From: Oopsacas minuta
Lineage: Eukaryota > Animalia > Porifera
Assembly: GCA_024704765.1 (NCBI GenBank)
Contig: JAKMXF010000222.1
Span: 1,178,001 to 1,242,000 of the forward strand
DNA length: 64,000 nt
Direction of reading: 5' to 3'
Within the stretch, counting starts at the first letter, position 1. Every line of letters starts with the position of its first letter. Below, one piece after another: positions 26,001 to 38,386 of this stretch. The notes beneath the pieces were generated by a model, which searched no databases, was not told where the DNA came from, and saw only the letters and a program-made list of their open reading frames with translations. The position numbers and the translations under genes were made by a program.

Positions 26001-26204
26001 TAAGAAAATTATGGTCACTAAGTTGGAATAAACCGTTAAACAATAGGTACTTCTAGTGCTGTATATAATATGGATTCATTGAATATCTAAATTTAAGGGT
26101 AGCTTTAAAATTATTTCTATTATATTTATGTATAAAATATTTTCATATTAATCATGGATAATTTAAAAGACATGTATTTGCCCGAATACGAGTATATGTA
26201 TGAC

Positions 26205-26800
26205 CTTTGAATGATCGTAGACGAGACGTGGGTATACTATTCAACACCATATAGCAAGTATACGAAGCGATCATGGGTGAGGGGCGACGAACAACCGGCG
26301 AAAATTCCTAGGCTCGACTTCAGAAGATCTAAGATTATGTATACCATCTTCTTCAGTAGTCATGGAATTGTCTTGCAATTACCTTGTGAGAGTCGCAAAG
26401 CTGTTACTGCTACTTTCTTTACATAGCAAGGGCTTCCAAACTTGATAAAAAATATAGAAAAGCACCCCCCGAAAACCGGAACTCGAGGAATGAAGATTTT
26501 AATTGATAACGCCAGTTCCCATACAGCTAACCTTACCAAAAATTTCTTGGATGTAGAAGGGTTAGAATTACTTCCCATCCACCATACTCACCAGACCTAG
26601 CTCCTTGTGATTTTTGGCTATTCCTCAAGCTTAAAATCTACCTTCAAGGCAAAGATTTTAACACATTACAAGCACTCGGAACGGGCCTGTACCAGTACTT
26701 CAAATCCATCCCCGAAGAAGAGTACAAAAATGCGTTTTACAAGTGGGTGGAAAGGTTAAAACTTTGTATCTGCAGGAGGCGATTACTTTGAATAAATAAT
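26205..26800 (+). pseudogene. mariner DD34D transposase, 3' half fragment
   Basis: VDETWVYY, IDNASSH, HPPYSPDLAPCDFWLF; stop and frameshift; no TIR recognised. Confidence 0.8.
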
Positions 26801-26849
26801 ATAGTGAATTAGTGTGTATAGTGTTTGTATCATATTCTATGATATCACC

Positions 26850-27299
26850 CGCAAGACTTATTGAACGCCCTAGTCGGCGGCCTTTTAAGCTAGTTCCTGT
26901 GGAAGGCTTTGTGAAGGGCAGTGGAATAATGAGGAGAAAGTTGGGGATCACTTTCTCCGCATTACTCCACGGGATCAATAAATTGTGAATAGTAACTATT
27001 GTAATTGTTAAAATCTGATTGAACCAAATCCCAGACTTTTCATAATATACGAAGGAAGGAACCTGATTGGCCAACGTTGACCAATCAGATTCCTCCGAAA
27101 ATGCATTGATATATATGGGCGAGGTGTGAAAAATTCACATATCTTGTTCAAAAATGGTTCGATTCGAAAAATATTTCTTATTTGGAAAGGTTGAGTACTA
27201 CTTAGTCGATACACAAAATTTGGTTCGAATCGGCCCAGGCATCTCTGAGAAAACGCGCGGACACACATACACACATACATACACTTTGTTTTATATATA
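26850..27299 (+). repeat. Short interspersed repeat (DINE-1/Helentron-like) with CATA microsatellite, cut by MITE copy 2
   Basis: Hairpin CTGATTGG..CCAATCAG, CAAAATTTGGTTCGAATCGG, then (CATA)n-CACTTTGTTTTATATATA. Confidence 0.4.
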
Positions 27300-28214
27300 C
27301 AGTCAGGGGACAAAAGTATTCGACCACACAAATATATTGTCATAAATTGTATACTCTTTCCCGCTCCTATATATTGTGTAGTCTATATTCGTAGCTGCTA
27401 TCTAGTAATTTGTATAGAATAACACATGTTTTCAAGAATTTCAAAAAAATATTTTAGATTGACACTTTTTGAAGGTGTTAATTATTAATAATTATTAGAT
27501 AATTATTGATAATCAAAATATGTGGTAATTCAAAACCTATTAAGAATCTATAATTTCTGACTTGATATTTGAATTCTACGTAGGCGAGTTACCCCAGATT
27601 GAAATTTCCAATCGGATTGAACAATTTTACCAGAGTTATAAAAGAATTTCAATTTGTCCCACTTGTGCCACTTTTTGAAAAAGTGGCACAGGTGGCAGGA
27701 AAAAGCGCCACTACAAGGAAATCAACTAGGGTTAGGAGGAATAAGTCGAAGTAATATTTTCGAATGATATGACTATGCTAACCCTTGAATTCCAAAATAA
27801 CCTCTTGGTAGCGGCCACTTGTGCCACCTAGGGCAAAAGGTGGCACAAATGGCACAAAATTGAAATTCATCTATAACTCTGGTAAAAATTGTTCAATCCG
27901 ATTGGAAATTTCAATCTGGGGTATCTCGCCTACGTAGAATTCAAATATCAAGTCAGAAATTATAGATTCTTAATAGGTTTTGAATTACCACATATTTTGA
28001 TTATCAATAATTATCTAATAATTATTAATAATTAACACCTTCAAAAAGTGTCAATCTAAAATATTTTTTTGAAATTCTTGAAAAACATGTGTTATTCTAT
28101 ACAAATTACTAGATAGCAGCTACGAATATAGACTACACAATATATAGGAGCGGGAAAGAGTATACAATTTATGACAATATATTTGTGTGGTCGAATACTT
28201 TTGTCCCCTGACTG
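27300..28214. mobile_element. Palindromic Tc1-like MITE, copy 2 (915 bp)
   Basis: Nearly identical to copy 1, same spacer orientation, TA flanks. Confidence 0.93.
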
Positions 28215-28778
28215 TATTTTGTAATATCTACTATACAAAAGTAGCAGTCATCATGGTGGTTAACTGGTTCTCTTCAAATTCGAGGTATTGCAAATGGCAT
28301 ACACTTTCGGGTTCCACGTAGCCATCCTTCTAAGGTGGAACCACATGATCCACAGCAGAAGTGAGGAGACCACATTTTGTCAGGATCACCCATTGGCATG
28401 CCAAAATAGGCATAATAAGCAATACACAATTTTGTACCGGGTGTTATATTATGCTTGACTTGTCTGGGTCCAATGTAGTACCCGCAAACATGGCAAAACG
28501 AATCTGGTGACAGCTTGCAAATTCTTCTGGCAGCCATCAACAAATGCTATCTGTGGACAACAATTTATCTAAGTAAATCAAAATTTGAAATGAATATAAT
28601 GTCATGCCAATGTATAATTAATGGGTAATATGAAGCGAAAATCAAAAAAGTAGAATTTCGACATTTTCACTAAATTATTGACGATACATTAAAAGCACAG
28701 TCAAATTCGAATTCCTCACGTCAGAATTGTCTAAAAAACAAGGAAATAACCAAATAAACAAAAAGTTGTTACACTGTG
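28215..28778 (-). mobile_element. Chapaev3-like element, 5' portion with its terminus
   Basis: Terminus CACAGTGTAACAAC (minus) next to TTA. CKLSPDSFCHVCG..PHFCCGSC..MPFAIPRI*REPVNHHDDCYFCIVDITK ends at the TA of MITE copy 2. Confidence 0.78.
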
Positions 28779-28870
28779 TTAGTAGCTTGTGGTGGAGAAC
28801 AAGTTCCAAACTGGACTAGAGAAGATCTACTCAACTTTACAGAAGCCAAAAATGGTTATGACAAGATGAG
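28779..28870 (+). pseudogene. Truncated exon of a HECT E3 ligase (HECTD1/TRIP12-like)
   Basis: LVACGGEQVPNWTREDLLNFTEAKNGYDKM followed by a GAG/GTAAC donor; 5' side cut by the Chapaev terminus. Confidence 0.5.
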
Positions 28871-31221
28871 GTAACTTTTGTAATTTTCGCGATACTAAAT
28901 TTCGAAATTTGCTACTTTTTGTAGAATATTGATTGCGTAATAATTCCCTAAAAATAAAATATTTGATGAAACTTATGACGTCAGACAATTTAGTAGTACT
29001 TGGATTTCAATTCAACCATCTAATATAACAATAAAGCATGGAAATTTTCGAAAATCCAAAAGGGTGACAATACGTCGTGAATCCATGGGGATTACAAGTG
29101 TCAATGATCTTACAATACTTGCATTTTCCGAGCCAGGCCATAAGTCATCTCTGAGACTAGCTTCTTCAATCTCTATATGTGTATATATATTGTTTTTAGT
29201 GGAGTTCGCCTAGCAGCAAGTCGTATTTTTGCACGCGAACTTTGCTACTAGGGAGCTATGTCTTTATAATAAAAATTAACTCCTTGGAAAAATGGCTAGT
29301 TAGACGAACATTAATTGTTGAATATTTAGATATCTTTTCTTATAATTTCAGCACAGCATATTTGATGTTTACTGAGGTTGCTACAAATTTCACCACCATC
29401 AGAAAAGAAAGTAAGTTGTTCCTTCATATTGTGGCATAATACTACACTTTTCTTTCTGCAGAAATTTTCTTTGATCCATTATCGTTTGCGGAAATACTGT
29501 TTATCAAAGTCATTGTGATGTGAATGTGAAGTGTAACTGTGTAATAGAGCTTATATCACTAACCTCTAACACTTAAAAATAGCACAACAACAGATTAAAG
29601 AGTCTTTGATGAAAAGCATTTATTAGTAATCGTTCTTCGAGGCTTTGATTTTGAGTTTCTTAACTTTGATTGATGAATACAAATTTTAAATATTTGAATA
29701 TTGTTTTAAGTATTTGAATACCCGAAATCAGTACTATACCATTGTTTTGCTGTACAGTAGAACTCAGATGAGACGTCTCGGTTAATACTTACTATTTCTT
29801 TCTTCCCAAAAAATATTTCCTATTCATTTCTATACAATATCTATCCGAATAAGACGTACTCTCGAATAATACGTACTGATTTATATTACCCCAATGCGTT
29901 CGATTCATCTTATCCGANGTATTTTAGTAATTTTTATGGCAAACAAATAAAAAAATACTAAACCCAACAAACCAAAAATTGCTAATTAGAATATTAATAA
30001 AAATATATTATATTCATGCCATAACAACGAGTCATACCTTCAGGAATGTAGGGTCGTATTGCACCATCGATTCTTGTTGACCCAACAGGAGCACTAAAGT
30101 CGTTTTTTGGAGGATATGAAATGTTCCGAGTGAGTAGATGGGGAGGAAATGTGTAGTCTAAATTTGCTCTCTTAACTGATCGCCTATATAATAGATAATT
30201 TGATTAAAGCATGCTTCCCTCACCCTTATAGTAGTAGGTGTTATTATACGTAGTAAATTGTCTAAATGGCATCCAATAAAATCCACAAGAATATATATGT
30301 ACATGTATAGAGCACGAACAGGATCCAAAGAACTGTTCAGTGAATTGGACCCATCGGCCACCATACATGTCTCATACGATCATCTTTCGCTAATTCTGAA
30401 TCAAATTTATCCCCATACATGTAGCACTCATATCATACCTCTGTAATGATGTAACTTTCTCCTCCTTCTCAGAAGGAGATTGTCAGATCCGATCAAATTT
30501 TGGTTTCAAGTCAGCATGCTGACCCTCAATAACTCTCCTGATTTTCTCCTTGGCTAGAAGAACCTCTTGGTTATTCGAGCTCTCAGGCATATTTCCATTA
30601 GAATATGCTGGAAGTTGACTCATATGTAAACGATAATAGTTTGAGAAATCAGTATATTTAGGTTATTCTCATTCTAAAACAAGAGTTATACAATTTCATC
30701 TATGATAAATAGGAATTAATAATCAAATAGATATTAAACAATTTGGAAATTCCTCCAAGACTATAATCAGTGAATGAATTGTTGATGGATTAGGAGTATA
30801 ATGTCAGTTCATTAACATCATTACTTGCATAATTAAGCCACTGTTATACAAGTTTGTTGCGTGACGTTTAAGTGGTCAACTGTGGCCGACACAATGAATA
30901 TTGGAGTCAGAAAGTGTGAAAATTCTATGTATAAATGAATGATTAAGTCTTTTTCTACGCTATCGACAGCACCAATTGAGTTAATAGTGTCGTAATAACA
31001 AATTTTCAATATTCGTCTACTAGCCAAATTACGTGTGTTAAATAAATGATATTGACTACCTCTAGTTGTAAGAGTATTGAATTCTTGCAGTCTAGCATTA
31101 TAAGATATAAAGAACATAATTATGGGAATAGATGTTATAACAATATTACATAATAATAGCAATAAGTCTCTAGTGATAAATACTAACTAGCAAGTTAACT
31201 CTATAACTAAAGGGGAAATAC

Positions 31222-32682
31222 TTGAAGAGCACAGCTCCAGATGAGTCAGTCACCGGTCCCTTTCTTCTAGAAAAGTCGATATGCAACGCGGAGAAACTGA
31301 AAGTACGAAATGTGCCTGGCTACCTCGAACCTGTGTTCCTTGATCTGCACTGGATAGATCAATGGAAGAAGCGCCATAACATCACCAGCCGTCAAATCTC
31401 GGGTGAGAGCCAATCAGCAGATCACGCTGGTGCTGACAACTGGATATCAACGCAGCTGAAACTGATCAGAGAAGAGTTTGAAGACAAGGATGTTTTCAAT
31501 GCTGATGAGACTGGGCTATTCTGGAAGATGACACCAGACAGAACTTTGTCTTTCCGAGGAGACTTGTGCAAAGGAGGCAAGCGCTCCAAGGAACGCCTCA
31601 CTGTATTGGTAGCAGCTAGTGCGGTTGGGGAGAGCTTTCCACTACTCGTTATTGGAAAGAGTAAGCGCCCCCACTGTTTCCGAGGCGTCCTGAATCTTCC
31701 AGTGGAGTATGATGCCAATCGAACCGCATGGATGACAAGTGAGATTTTGGAGAAATGGCTAAGGAAGTTGAACAATTCTATGAGATTTGATGACAGGAAA
31801 ATCGCCATGATTCTTGACAACTTCTCAGGTCATCCGAACCTTAACTTGTCCCATATCAAGCTTTTCTTTCTCCCACCCAACACAACGTCTATGACTCAGC
31901 CCATGGACGCAGGTATAATCAAGAACCTCAAGCACCACTACCGCCGGTTTCTTGTTAGGAAGCGTTTATTGGCAGTTGATTCTGAAACGGGGTTCAAGCT
32001 TGACTTGCTCCAGGCCTTGGACTGGCTAAAAATGTCCTGGGATATGTCACCCCCACAACCATCAAGCATTGCTATCAGCATGTTGGGTTCAAGGATTTAC
32101 CTGCCACTGAAGAAACCTCAGCACCTGACACATCAATTTGGAGCAGTGCTGAAGAAGCAGGGCTTGTTTCGGATGGCTTATCATTTGAGGACTTTGTTGC
32201 TCTGGATGATGGTGCTGCAATTGGACCTGGTGCAAATGGTCTCGAGATTGACGATATCCTTAATAGTCTGCACCCTCCAAGTGATGACGATGTTGATATC
32301 GAAAATGACTACAATGAATATCCCCTCAATATCCATGTTCCGTCATTCGACACTGTTGTCTCATGCCTTGACACCGTTATGAAGTTCTTGCGCACCCTCC
32401 CATGCTCAGAGAAACAGATTCAGTCTGTCAGCGAACTTCAAAACTTCTTGGCTGAAAGTCAGCTGAGTTGATTGCAGCAGGCCTCAATAACTTGCTTTTT
32501 CAAGTCAAACTAATCATATTCATGACATTATTATGACGATAATACAACAACATAGCATACTACATCGTATAACACGAATAAATTTGGGAGTCATCCGGTA
32601 GATAATGCATATATAAAGCTTCCTCGGATATAGCGACCTTTTTTGCTGCCCAAACGAGTGTCGTTAAATCCAATGTCTACTG
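31222..32682 (+). mobile_element. pogo/Tigger (TIGD-like) element, 5'-truncated, frameshifted near 32045
   Basis: FNADETGLFW, SKERLTV, AWMT, LDNFSGH, FLPPNTTSMTQPMD. The right end reads CAGTAGAC on the minus strand, followed by TA. Confidence 0.85.
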
Positions 32683-32686
32683 TATA

Positions 32687-33480
32687 TCAAATTTTCTTCA
32701 CCTCTTTTATGAAATCACAAATTTTTAATAATTTTCGATTACCCGTTAATAATATATTGGTCGGTTTGATATCTCTATGTACACAATTCTGTGAGTGTAG
32801 ATACTTTAGACCTTTATAAAACTGGATGACGTAATCGTCTACAATTGAGATATCTTCGTCGGTTAGTTTGCATATTTCTGTCGAGACTTCATTTCGTTCT
32901 CTAAGCCATTCTTGTAAATTTGTTTCACAGAGTTCAAGCTGTATACACATCATAGGGTGTAATACAGGCTGGAGAGGAGGAGCAGGAATTAGTGGTTGGG
33001 GGTTTGAATCTTCTGCTTGAATACGAGGTTCAGGTTGTTGACGGGTTGGTACGTGTTGCCGACGATCAAGTGAAATTTCTTTTCTGAAACCTGGCAATAG
33101 TTGGGGAAGATAAAGAACATCAGGATCAGAGCTAAAATCAAATTTTTGACGCTTTGCTCCCAGATTAGACCTTTTAGATACTGAAGAGGCAGATTCGGTC
33201 TCACCAGCAGTGCTTTCGATTTCGCTAGTACCATTTCCAGCATCCTCTCTTTTATCAATTTCGTAATCTAACCAGACACAATAGTATCTAATCACATTTT
33301 CATGACTCAACTTGGCTAACAACTGCACTTCTCTCACAAATTCGTGTGGATTCCCCCTCAATTTAATCTTTTTAATCGCATACTCACTATTATCCAGCTT
33401 ATTTACAGCTCTCACTACCACAGCATGACCTCCTTTACCCACAGAAATTTGTCTTCCATACTCTAATTCGAGTCTTGAAG
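32687..33480 (-). pseudogene. eIF2-alpha kinase (PKR/PERK/GCN2/HRI family) catalytic-domain fragment
   Basis: SRLELEY..GKGG, YAIKKI, REVQLLAKLSHENVIRYYCVW, kinase insert, IQLELC, HRDIKPTNIL; stops just after KICDF (no DFG glycine). Confidence 0.8.
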
Positions 33481-33482
33481 TA

Positions 33483-34818
33483 CAGGGTGTTAAGAAATTG
33501 ATGTCACCTTTTTGAAATTAAATAGAGCCATAAATTAACTATTTGAATCGTGTTTTAGCTTCCAATTCTTATTCTACGTATTTGAAATAATAGAATTCCT
33601 GTAAATTCCGAAAATTATAGACACTAAAAATACTCTCTTGTTCAATTTTTCTTACTTTTCATATACAAGAAATAATCATGGTCAAAGAAGCTACTCTAGC
33701 TGTCCGTACACGTGCAGTTTGCATGATAGAAGCTGGGATTTTTATTAATAAAGTGGCCAAGGTTGTAGGAGTATCTGTCCGTACCATTCGGCGCTGGTTG
33801 CTGAGGTCCAAGTCTGGTGAACCTCTACAGAACAGGAGGGGCCGTGGAAGGAAAACGTCCGTCACGATGGTACCGAAAGTGGTCATTTCCAAGACAATCG
33901 GTAAAAAAATGAAATCCACACGAGTTATCTCCCAGAATCTCAAATCTAAAGGGTTTTCTATCTCCCACGTGACAGTACACTCGTATTTACGCAAAAATCT
34001 GAAAGTTCGACCATACAAACCCCAGGTTCAACCCAAATTGACGGAAAAACAGAGGACAGCTCGGATAAAATTCTGTAATGAAAGGAAGAATTGGTCAATT
34101 GATAGCTGGCGAAGGGTTTTATTCTCGGACGAGTCCTCCTTTGAGATATTCCACACTCCAAAGAAGCAAAACGACCGAGTTTGGGCGAAATCTAGTTCCA
34201 ATGTTCCTCCTACCGAAAAGGTCAAATTTCCTGGAAAAATCATGGTCTGGGGTGTGATGTCATACCGAGCCCTCTCACATCTCCACATTATCCCCAAAGG
34301 ACAAACTGTGACATCAGAATATTATGTGGAAGTTATATTGAAACAGTCTCTAATACCCAGCATGCTTCGAACGAGAGATTCAGGGACTATTCTGGAGAGA
34401 AAATTGTTGCTAGAAAGGTCCAAAGCAATTTTTCAACAAGATGGGGCCCAGCACATACCTCCAAAAGAAGCCAGGAATGGCTAAAAAACAATATGCCAGG
34501 GTTTTAGACCAAGGACATATGGCCTCCAAACTCACCAGACTTAAATCCTATTGAGAACCTCTGGGCTATTTTGCAAACCAAACTGGATTCAATGGAGCGA
34601 GCAACCAACCTAAAAATGTTAGAAAAGCAGCTGATTTTGGCCTGGAAGGAAATCTCACCGGAGACACTAGAGAAACTCATAGCAGGGATGCCCTCTCGCA
34701 TTAATAAATGTTTAAAATTAAATGGAGATTACATAGGAAAGTAAATAGCACACCTTTCTAGTTCGCATTATTGAAATATGCATGGTATAAAATGGGATAT
34801 CAATTTCTTAACACCCTG
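33483..34818 (+). mobile_element. Tc1-like DD37E element (1336 bp), inserted in the kinase exon
   Basis: TIRs CAGGGTGTTAAGAAATTGAT with TA flanks. FSDES, QQDGA(P)AHT, WPPNSPDLNPIE. 1-bp deletion near 34450 and one TAG; 37-residue spacing after restoring the frame. Confidence 0.88.
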
Positions 34819-35723
34819 TATTGGCTAAAAATAGTCAGATTGATATAATGATTGCATGATTAGCTGTACAGATATATTGTCACATATCTCTGTATAATGA
34901 ATCCGTATTACAGACAATATCCACATCAAAATCCTAACTCCTACACAGGAGAGCATAGACAACCCCAATACCAACCATCTAATAATTTCAACTCCACCTC
35001 TCCTCAACAATATCCCTCTAATTATGCACCTGCTCATCAGTATTCCCTCCTGAGTAACCCCCCTATGGATATAGGCTATGAGTTTATGAGAGAGCTCAAA
35101 CTTTAGGACCTGGGGCCTCATTCACTAAACAACTTAAGTTTTGCTTAAGTATTCCTAAATATTCAAAACTTAATAACATACTTAGAATTTGCTTAATACT
35201 TAAGTATAATACCCCATGTGTAATTCTATATCTATTTACTCGAACAGTAGCCCGCCTCAATTTTTAGTCTACGATTTCTCGCCCTCTCAACGACAAATTT
35301 CGAATTTGATCTCTATTTGGGAAATTACATTAATCCAAGATGTCATAGCACCATGATCATATTCCTGAAATTTCTTATCAAATACCTTTCGAGCAAGGAC
35401 CGAAAGAGATGGTTGGGAAATATTTCGGGGTAGGCAAATATTCACTTACGAGCTACTTTTCGAGTAATACAGTACACCATAGATTCCTAATCCATTTAAC
35501 AATATGGTAACATGTAGTCATAATATAACACCGAAAGCCATATTAAAGAATATTGGTGAATTACTCAATAATATTTTGATAATAACTGTGTAAAATCTAA
35601 ACAAACAATTATAAGGTGATGAAAGATACTATTGATTGACACAGTAGCTGAGAAAAGTTAAGTAGTTCTAAACTATATAAATTTTCGAAAAGACTTCTAG
35701 TGTTTATAGCTTAAATTCGAAAA

Positions 35724-36463
35724 ATGGACCTTCAACAAGATAAAGCAAAAATAAGATCGAAAAATTACTCGCAGGAAGAAATCAATACATTAGTTGATTT
35801 AGTAGAAGAAAATAAATCTAGGCTATTTGCTAGCTTTAGTGCATCTCTAACATTTGAAGAAAAAGCTTCACTTTGGGATCAAATTGCAAGTGGTTTAACA
35901 AGTCAACACGGTGTGCATAGGTCTAGAGATGATGTCACAAAGAACTGGTCTAATCTTTTGTGCAAGCACAAACCTCTAATTGCAGATAAAATAAAATAAA
36001 TCAGAAAAACTGGGGATGGACCAGCTGATGCAGAGTTAACCCCATTGGAGGAAAAGATCTATAGCATAAGGGGTACAGAATGCTTCGAGGGAATTATTGG
36101 TGGAATAGACGTCTCTGCTGAGCCACAAAGTTCCCAACTATCACAGACCAAATGCCAATTAGCCCTTCAGTCCCATTGGATGGTAAAGTACCAGCAGCAG
36201 TGAGTAGGAAAAGACAACATCCACAGTTGGTAACGTCCATTGACGATGATACAAAACGTATTCTTATTTCAAAAGAGGATGAGAAGTTAGTACTTTTGAG
36301 AGAGATCAAAGAGAATTTGGTATCTATAGGGAACGTACTCCAGTTACTGCCTGAAATGGTCCAAAATCAAACAGCAATAGTTAATCTCCTGGCACAACAA
36401 TTGTTTCCATTCGTTGCTCCAAGCAGATTTCCAACGAATTTCCCCCCTAGTAATGTACCATAA
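35724..36463 (+). pseudogene. Harbinger Myb/SANT-like DNA-binding protein, with stop and frameshift
   Basis: RSKNYSQEEINTLVDLV..KASLWDQIA..RSRDDVTKNWSNL..RKTGDGP. Confidence 0.75.
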
Positions 36464-36611
36464 TCCACAATTTTTGATAAATTTAGTTTTTTGCATACTT
36501 ATATCTGTGTATTGCTAAGTTAGAAAGTAAGGCAACGGCGTCCCCCCATGTCTGTAACTGTTATTCTATAATTATATTCAAATGAAACTACACTTGCTAT
36601 AATAACTAATA

Positions 36612-37790
36612 TCAAATCTTAACATCGAGTTTAATAAAAAAAGTTGGTACTATTTCTTGTCTCATCAATACTCCATTTCCTGAAGAATGGGGAGTGTGAG
36701 TCTCATGAATTTGTTCATCCAGTGTATCGATGTCAGTATCGAGGCCATGGTTGATACAAATGTTATGCAGTACCATAGTTGCCATAATAATTTTGCAACA
36801 CTTTTCCGGACTGTAAGAAAGGAAACCTCCTGCCGCCGTATTCACTAAGCGTACTTAGTACTTAAGTACTAAGTATGTACTTAAGTATGCTTAGTGAATA
36901 CGGCCCCTGTTTTGTCCATTGAGCGCCAACAACTTTTCCAAATGCCAAAAGAACATTCGATCGTTTTTTGAACCTTTACAAAGGCTCGATTATATCTTCT
37001 TTGTCCAGGAGTGGTTGGAGATGGTATTGGAGTCATGAGATTCGGTTTTAATCCATATGCACTATCACCCAATAACCATCCATCAACTGTTGGTATAGTG
37101 CCATTTGATATTTTTTCGTTTACAGCGAATTGTCGCCAAATGAATGCATCATGTGTACTCCCGGGCCACATAACAACGGAATCTATGAAACGAAATTCAT
37201 GATCACAAATTGCTTGTATATTAATAGAATGAAACAACTTTCGATTGACATACACTTCTTCATTGAATGCAGGTGCAGTGATGGCTACATGTGAGCCATC
37301 GATACAACCGAACACAAGAGGAAATCCTCCATGTTGATGAAATGATTCTTGGATAACTCTTTGTCGACTTTCACTAGGAAATTTAATATATCTATTTGCA
37401 ATAGATGCTAAGCCATCACGCACTGCAGTGACACACCTTGATACAGATGTTTGTGAAATGCCATGAGCAGAAGCAACTACGTCTGAAATGTTCCAGTTGC
37501 TAGGAACTGTAGTGCTACTACCAATTGTGTTGTTGGAGGTATGGAATGGGAACGTGTTGTTAATCGGAATAGTGTACTCGGTATCTCATTTAGAAGTTCC
37601 ATGAAAAATTGCGAGTAATTCTGTAACGAGAAATAAATTCTCCATCAGAATATTCTTCCAGGGGATTTAGTCGATCTCTGAAAATTCTTTGACGGCGCAA
37701 GCTACTAGCAATTTCAAGATCAAGAATATGAAGCGCTATGCCATTGTTGATATCACAAAATTTCCTTGTAGAATTAGATAGGGCAACAAC
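36612..37790 (-). pseudogene. Harbinger (HARBI1-like) DDE nuclease, disrupted
   Basis: GCIDGSHV, NRKLFHSINIQAICD, WPGSTHDA, LLGDSAY, IECSFGIWK, VLHNICI; upstream HTH ALQFLATG..GISQTSVSR out of frame. Confidence 0.88.
36833..36906. mobile_element. 74-bp palindromic Harbinger-type mini-MITE
   Basis: Arms GCCGTATTCACTAAGC / GCTTAGTGAATACGGC; CTG at 36830-32 and 36907-09. Removing it restores DKTGGFLSYSP. Confidence 0.85.
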
Positions 37791-38044
37791 ACCAACAATA
37801 GCATATATAGATACGTGCATCAATGGATAATCAATATACCTAAAACGAGAAGTTTGGTAGGAAAATTGCAACAGTTTAAGGGCGAATATGTTGAATAATT
37901 TAATAGATATGTCGAGCGAGCTTGACCCCCGCGATAAAACGTGTCGCCAGGCCCAGCCCCTCCGTTCGCCAAATCCTGGCGCCGCCCCTGTCCATAACAG
38001 AACAGTAACACAAAGAATTGGAAAGTGAAAATTTGTAGAAAGAT

Positions 38045-38386
38045 GCAAAATTAAGATGCCGTTTTCTGTAGATAGATATCTAGACAACTAGGATCAAGTA
38101 AATTCCACTCTCTGAGACGAGATCTCAAAAGCTCCGCATTAGATTTTGTCAGACCTAATTCTCTAACCAAGTTTAATAGTTCTTGCTGATTAGGAAAGTG
38201 TGGTTTCCATGATAAGTCTTCGTCGAAGAAGATATAATCTTCCTCGCTAGAAGATATGTACTCAGGATCAACAGTTCCTTCTAAGAAAGGAGAAATCGGA
38301 ATTGGCAGATCTTCATTGTGCGACACTAGGGCAATAGACGATGGAATGTTCGGGTAAACAATATTTTTTCTATCTTTTCCTTTATA
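38045..38386 (-). pseudogene. Chapaev3-like transposase, middle portion
   Basis: YKGKDRKNIVYPNIPSSIALVSHNEDLPIP..FPNQQELLNLVRELGLTKSNAELLRSRLREWNLL; starts at the TA of MITE copy 3. Confidence 0.78.

Larger units (their letters stand above)
35113..37800. mobile_element. PIF/Harbinger element with convergent Myb/SANT-like and nuclease genes; right TIR not found
   Basis: Left end CTG/GGGCCTCATTCACTAAAC and the two-gene architecture typical of Harbinger. Confidence 0.8.

Noticed and set aside
26093-26099. TTAAGGG as the piggyBac 5' terminus
   Set aside because: Wrong polarity (GGG-TTAA is needed on the plus strand) and no matching left end near 20.6 kb.
29918-29918. Ambiguous base N
   Set aside because: A single unresolved base; a quality flag, not a feature.
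29950-31170. Possible minus-strand exons near 30.0-30.6 kb and 30833-31162
   Set aside because: Donor-like GTATGA sites exist, but the frames contain stops and no recognisable domain.
34897-35106. Gln/Pro/Tyr-rich 69-aa ORF
   Set aside because: Low complexity, no family motif and wedged between two TEs; cannot be supported as a gene, though it may be a stray exon.
35113-37990. GCCC/CTG at 37987 as the right TIR of the Harbinger
   Set aside because: It matches the left end for only 4 bp (GGGC); more likely the end of a different element.
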